The translations under genes and the position numbers were made by a program. Shown here in pieces: positions 60,181-64,000 of a stretch of DNA of 64,000 nucleotides (positions within the stretch are counted from its first letter, which is position 1; each line of letters starts with the position of its first letter). Source of the stretch: Hemiscyllium ocellatum (taxonomy: Eukaryota). The notes under the pieces are model-generated. The model was not told the DNA's origin. It worked only from the letters and a program-made list of their open reading frames with translations, and made no database searches. The DNA is taken from NCBI RefSeq assembly GCF_020745735.1, contig NC_083446.1, positions 248,001 to 312,000 on the forward strand. Direction: 5' to 3'.

Positions 60181-61427
60181 TGAGCATCGATCCTATAGAA
60201 AGCAAGTCTGGAGATTGAATAGTGGAAAATAAAGAAACAGCAAGTGAAGTGAACAGGAATTTTGCATCAAAAATATAAATTGTTGGTGAAACTCAGCAGG
60301 CCTGTGGGGCAAAAACAGAGTTAAATTTTCAAATTCAGTGATTATTCATCAGAATGTAGGGTGTTTTGCATCAGCCGCCATTATAAAGTAATATAAAATT
60401 GTCTCAATTCTGCTGCATTGCATGTTTCTTCAAAGTGAATTGGCTTTAAGATCACTGAAGAATTTATTTGTAGAACTTTACTTACCTGTATTGGCTATAA
60501 CATGATTCTGGGCCCATGAGTTTAAATGGCGTGGCTATTGCACAATTTTCTTGCAATGCACGATTGCAGAACTATCAAGTTATATCAGAACTGACAGATA
60601 TATGTTAATATCCCAGAAATAAATGTAAATCAGGAGATGAGAGGAAAGGAGGAACTCAGGAAAGTCACAATCACCAGGGAAGTGGCACTGAGTAAATTGT
60701 TGGAGCTGAGGGGTGACAGTTGTGTGAAAGGCAAATCCTGTTTGGCCAATCAAATTAAGTTCTTTGAAGAGGTAACACATGCTGAGGATAAAGGGAATCA
60801 ACAGATATACTGTACTGAGGTTTCCAGAATGCATTTAAAAGCTCATGGTTTAGGGGTTAAGTATTAACATGGATAGAAGATTGACTGGTTAACAGGAAGC
60901 AGATTTAAATAGGGGTTTCTCAGGTTGACAAGATGTATCAACTGGTGTGTCATTGGAATCAGTGATGGGACCTCATCTGTTTACAATTACTGTTGATGAT
61001 TTGGATCATGGGACCAAAGATCTGGTAAATGAATTTGCTTATGACACAAAGAAGAGAGAAAAATGAATTGTGAAGAGAACATAAGGCGCTTGCAAAGTCG
61101 TTGAGACAGGTTAAGTGAGTGAGCACAGATGTGGCAAATGGAGTAATAATATGGGAAAATATGAAGTTGTCCATTTTGTCAGAAAAATAAAGAAGCATTT
61201 TATCTAAATAGTGAGAGCTTGCAGAGCTCATGAATATATCACAAAAGTTAATATGCGGTACAGCAAGTAATTAGGAAAGCTAATTGAATGTTATTGTTTA
61301 TCACAAGGGGAATTGATTGCAAAGGGAGGTTATGATTCATATATATATACAGGGCATTGGTGTGACTGCATCTGGAGTACAGTACTGGTCACTGTACTTA
61401 CCTAAGGATCTTAATGTATCAGAAGGG

Positions 61428-61585
61428 AACACTACACTGTCAGAGGGTCTGTTCTGAGGGCGTGCCACACTGTCAAAGGGTCAGAACTGAGGGTGCACAG
61501 CACTGTCGGTGGGGGTCACTGCTGAGGATAGTGCTGCACTGTCAGAGGTGTTATCTTTGGAAAAGACATTAACCCAAGGCCCACT
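61428..61585 (+). mobile_element. Deu-domain-like SINE remnant preceded by about three degenerate 33-bp units
   Basis: gtgctgcactgtcagaggtgttatctttggaaaagacattaacccaaggccc resembles the DeuSINE core as recalled; the units are the reverse complement of the 8850-11685 satellite. Confidence 0.55.
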
Positions 61586-61860
61586 TATAATGTTCTCTCG
61601 ATAATGTTCTCCATGAAGCATTGTATTTCATGCACAATGTCAGAAAGCTGATCGTGGCATTGGTCCCTGGCTCTGGAAGTCGCTGCCTCACATGGACCTT
61701 GGAGGCCTTCACAGCCAGCAAGTAAATGAGAGAGAACTTGGTTTTTTACCTGTTGATGATTCTGATTAGCAACTGAGCCAGATTCGCTCAAACAGGGAAA
61801 CAGGTTCTGGGATCTTTCTGTGCAGTGCACATTGTAATTAAAAGTAACTAGCAGGCTGGG

Positions 61861-62077
61861 CAGAGTTAAAAATCACACAACACCCAGTTATAGTCCAACA
61901 GGTTTAATTGGAAGCACTAGCTTTCAGAGCGCCACTTCTTCATCAGGTGTCCTCCACAACCACCTAATGAAGGAGCGACGCTCCGAAAGCTAGTGCTTCC
62001 AATTAAACCTGTTGGACTATAACCTGGTGTTGTGTGATTTTTAACTCTATCCACCCCAGTCCAACACCAGCATCTCC
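61861..62077. mobile_element. Second-family fold-back element with two inverted hammerhead-like motifs; 11-bp TSD
   Basis: 88-bp inverted arms 61862-61949 and 61961-62048; AGCAGGCTGGG at 61850-61860 and 62078-62088; CAC-CU(G/A)AUGA-A-stemII-GAAA-GC-UA-GUG on each strand. Confidence 0.85.
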
Positions 62078-62329
62078 AGCAGGCTGGGGTTATTTGTCTC
62101 GCGAACAAGTTGGGGGAATGACCCTGAGCCAAAATCCTCCGAGAGCTGAGGCAGCCCTGATGGGCCAGTGGCTCCTTCCTGCACCATTCCAATTGTGTGT
62201 TTCAGAAGGAGAGAGTATGATTTATTTTGCCCTATTTGTGGTTTGGTGGGTGCCAGGTGTTAAATACCATTTCCTGTACTGACTGTGACTAAGCTGGGAG
62301 TCCAGTTTGTGCTTGCCCTGTTTAGCCAA

Positions 62330-63018
62330 CTTGGTGTGCAGGTTCATAGCTCCTTAAAAGTGGAGTTGCAGGTAGATAGGATAGTGAAGAAGGCATTTCC
62401 TTTATTGGTCAGAGTATTGAGTACAGGAGTTGGGAGGTTATGTTGCGGCTGTACAGTACATTGGTTAGGCACTGTTGGAATATTGTGTGCAATTCTGGTC
62501 TCCTTCCTCTTGGAAAGATGTTGTGAAACTTGAAAGCATTCAGAAAAGATTTACAAGGATGTTGCCAGGGTTGGAGGATTTGAGCTACAGGGAGAGGCTG
62601 AACAGGCTGGGGCTGTTTTCCCTGGAGCTCGGAGGCTGAGGGGTGACCTTGTAGAGGTTTATAAAATCAAGAGGGCATGGATAAGGTAAAAAGACAAAGT
62701 CTTTTCTCTAGGGTGGGGGAGTCCAGAACTAGAGGGCATAGGTTTAGGGTGAGAGGGGAAAAATGTAAAAGAGAACTAAGGGCCAACGTTTTCACGCAGT
62801 GGGTGATACATGTTTGGAATGAGCTGCCAGAGGAAGTGGTGGAGGCTAATACAATTGCAACATTTTAAAAGGCATCTGGATGGGTATATGATTAGGAAGG
62901 GTTTGGAGGGACATGGGCCGGGTGCTGGCAGGTGGGACTAGATTGGGTTGGGATATCTGGTCAGCATGGACGAGTTGGACCGAAGGTCTGTTTCTGTGCT
63001 GTACATCTCTATGACTAT
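62330..63018 (+). mobile_element. CR1 (HER1-like) 3' fragment with tail
   Basis: ESRTRGHRFRVRGE...WNELPEEVVEA; tail ggaccgaaggtctgtttctgtgctgtacatctctatgact. Confidence 0.92.
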
Positions 63019-63309
63019 AATTCCTGACAGGAACAGAGTCTGAGCAGGGGGGTTCCTCCTTAAGGTTGTACCCCTGTCACAGACATAACTTGTTATTCCA
63101 AGTTTATATTTTTGCAGCCAGAGGATCTTGTGTTTTGGAAATATGAGCCTAGTATCAGAATGCAGCAACTTGTTTACTGTGATTAATGTCTCCAGTATTG
63201 ACTGTGATTGTTTACTGAGAGCCGTCCAGTTTTCACTGTGATCACTGTCTCCAGCGTTCACTGAGACGAGTGTCTCCAGTATTTACTGTTGATCAGTGCG
63301 TCAACTGTT

Positions 63310-63797
63310 TTGTGAAACCAGAACAGGATGTACTGGCACGTGGAGGATGCAGAGGTTGTTCACTAAGTTGATTTTGGACTTGAGAGGGTTGGTTATGAGG
63401 AGAGATTGAGTAGATTGGGACTCTATTCATTGGAATTTGAAAGAACTGGGGGGAGATCTTTTAGAAACACCCAAAATTATGAAGGGAATAGATAAGATAG
63501 AACCAGGGAGGTTGTTTCCACTGGTAGGTGAAACTAGATCTAGGGGGCACAGCCTCAAAATAAGGTGGAGCAGATTTAGGACTGAGTTGAGGAGGAACTT
63601 CTTCACCCAAAGGGTTGCGAATCTATGGAATTCTCTGCACAGTGAAGCAGTTGAAGCTACTGCATTGAATGTCGGATTATGTTAAGAAGGCAGGTAAGTG
63701 GAGCTGAATCCATGAAGAGATCAACCATGATTGTATTGAATAGCAGAGCAGGCTTGGAAGGGCATATGGCCTACAGCTGCTCCTAGTTCTTATGTCC
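63310..63797 (+). mobile_element. CR1 3' fragment
   Basis: GDLLETPKIMKG...SRGHSLKI...FFTQRVANLWNSL. Confidence 0.88.
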
Positions 63798-64000
63798 TGT
63801 GTTTGCTGAGACCACAATGTCCAGTGTTTACTAGGATCAGTGTGTCCACTGTTCACTGAGACCAATGTGTCCAGTGCCCAGATGCCACTGTGAGACCTTT
63901 ATTTGGTCCTGAATCACTCACTCAGCTGGAGCCTCCTAACAAATACAGAGATGTTGTCTATGACCATTACTCTGTGGGTGGTAAGAGGGGAGCAGTGGAA

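Larger units (their letters stand above)
57900..61430 (+). mobile_element. Decayed CR1 (APE to RT remnants) interrupted by a V-SINE, a PLE and a templated insertion
   Basis: VAMTETWL (~57925), FLEQHVIKPIRKLAILNLVLCN, KGKSCLANQIKFFEEVT remnants. Confidence 0.75.

Noticed and set aside
56440-64000. SNHG1-like C/D snoRNA cluster expected head-to-head with SLC3A2
   Set aside because: No convincing RTGATGA...CTGA units with terminal stems and rRNA complementarity seen; region is mostly CR1/PLE debris

Overview
Eukaryotic, repeat-dense vertebrate DNA, almost certainly a shark/elasmobranch draft assembly (inferred from HE1-type V-SINEs, CR1 LINEs and Penelope-like elements; N-gaps at ~12.8-15.2 kb and 35168-35267). 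Three spliced protein-coding genes can be reconstructed. (1) An LBH-domain gene on + (probable LBHD1 ortholog; 3 coding exons, 22602-29428, 133 aa). (2) CSKMT/METTL12 on - (35552-31510; one exon probably half-hidden in a gap), convergent with the LBH-domain gene. (3) SLC3A2/4F2hc on - (9 exons, 55722-49324, 545 aa). The same genes are neighbours on human 11q12.3. The rest is nested retroelements and about 15 minisatellites. Most notable: at least two families of tiny non-autonomous elements, flanked by target-site duplications (TSDs), that carry minimal hammerhead-ribozyme cores (36480-36672 and 61861-62077 are fold-back; 42901-42995 is a single arm). Also notable: a CSKMT promoter built from a 29-bp tandem ETS+E-box cassette; two local templated insertions; minisatellites visibly born from retroelement sequence; a G-quadruplex-rich 5-kb array; and an ancestral DxDGDGxGD loop retained in shark SLC3A2. 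All long low-complexity ORFs in the ORF track are repeat artefacts. Repeat-family names come from recalled motifs, not database searches, and TE boundaries are approximate.
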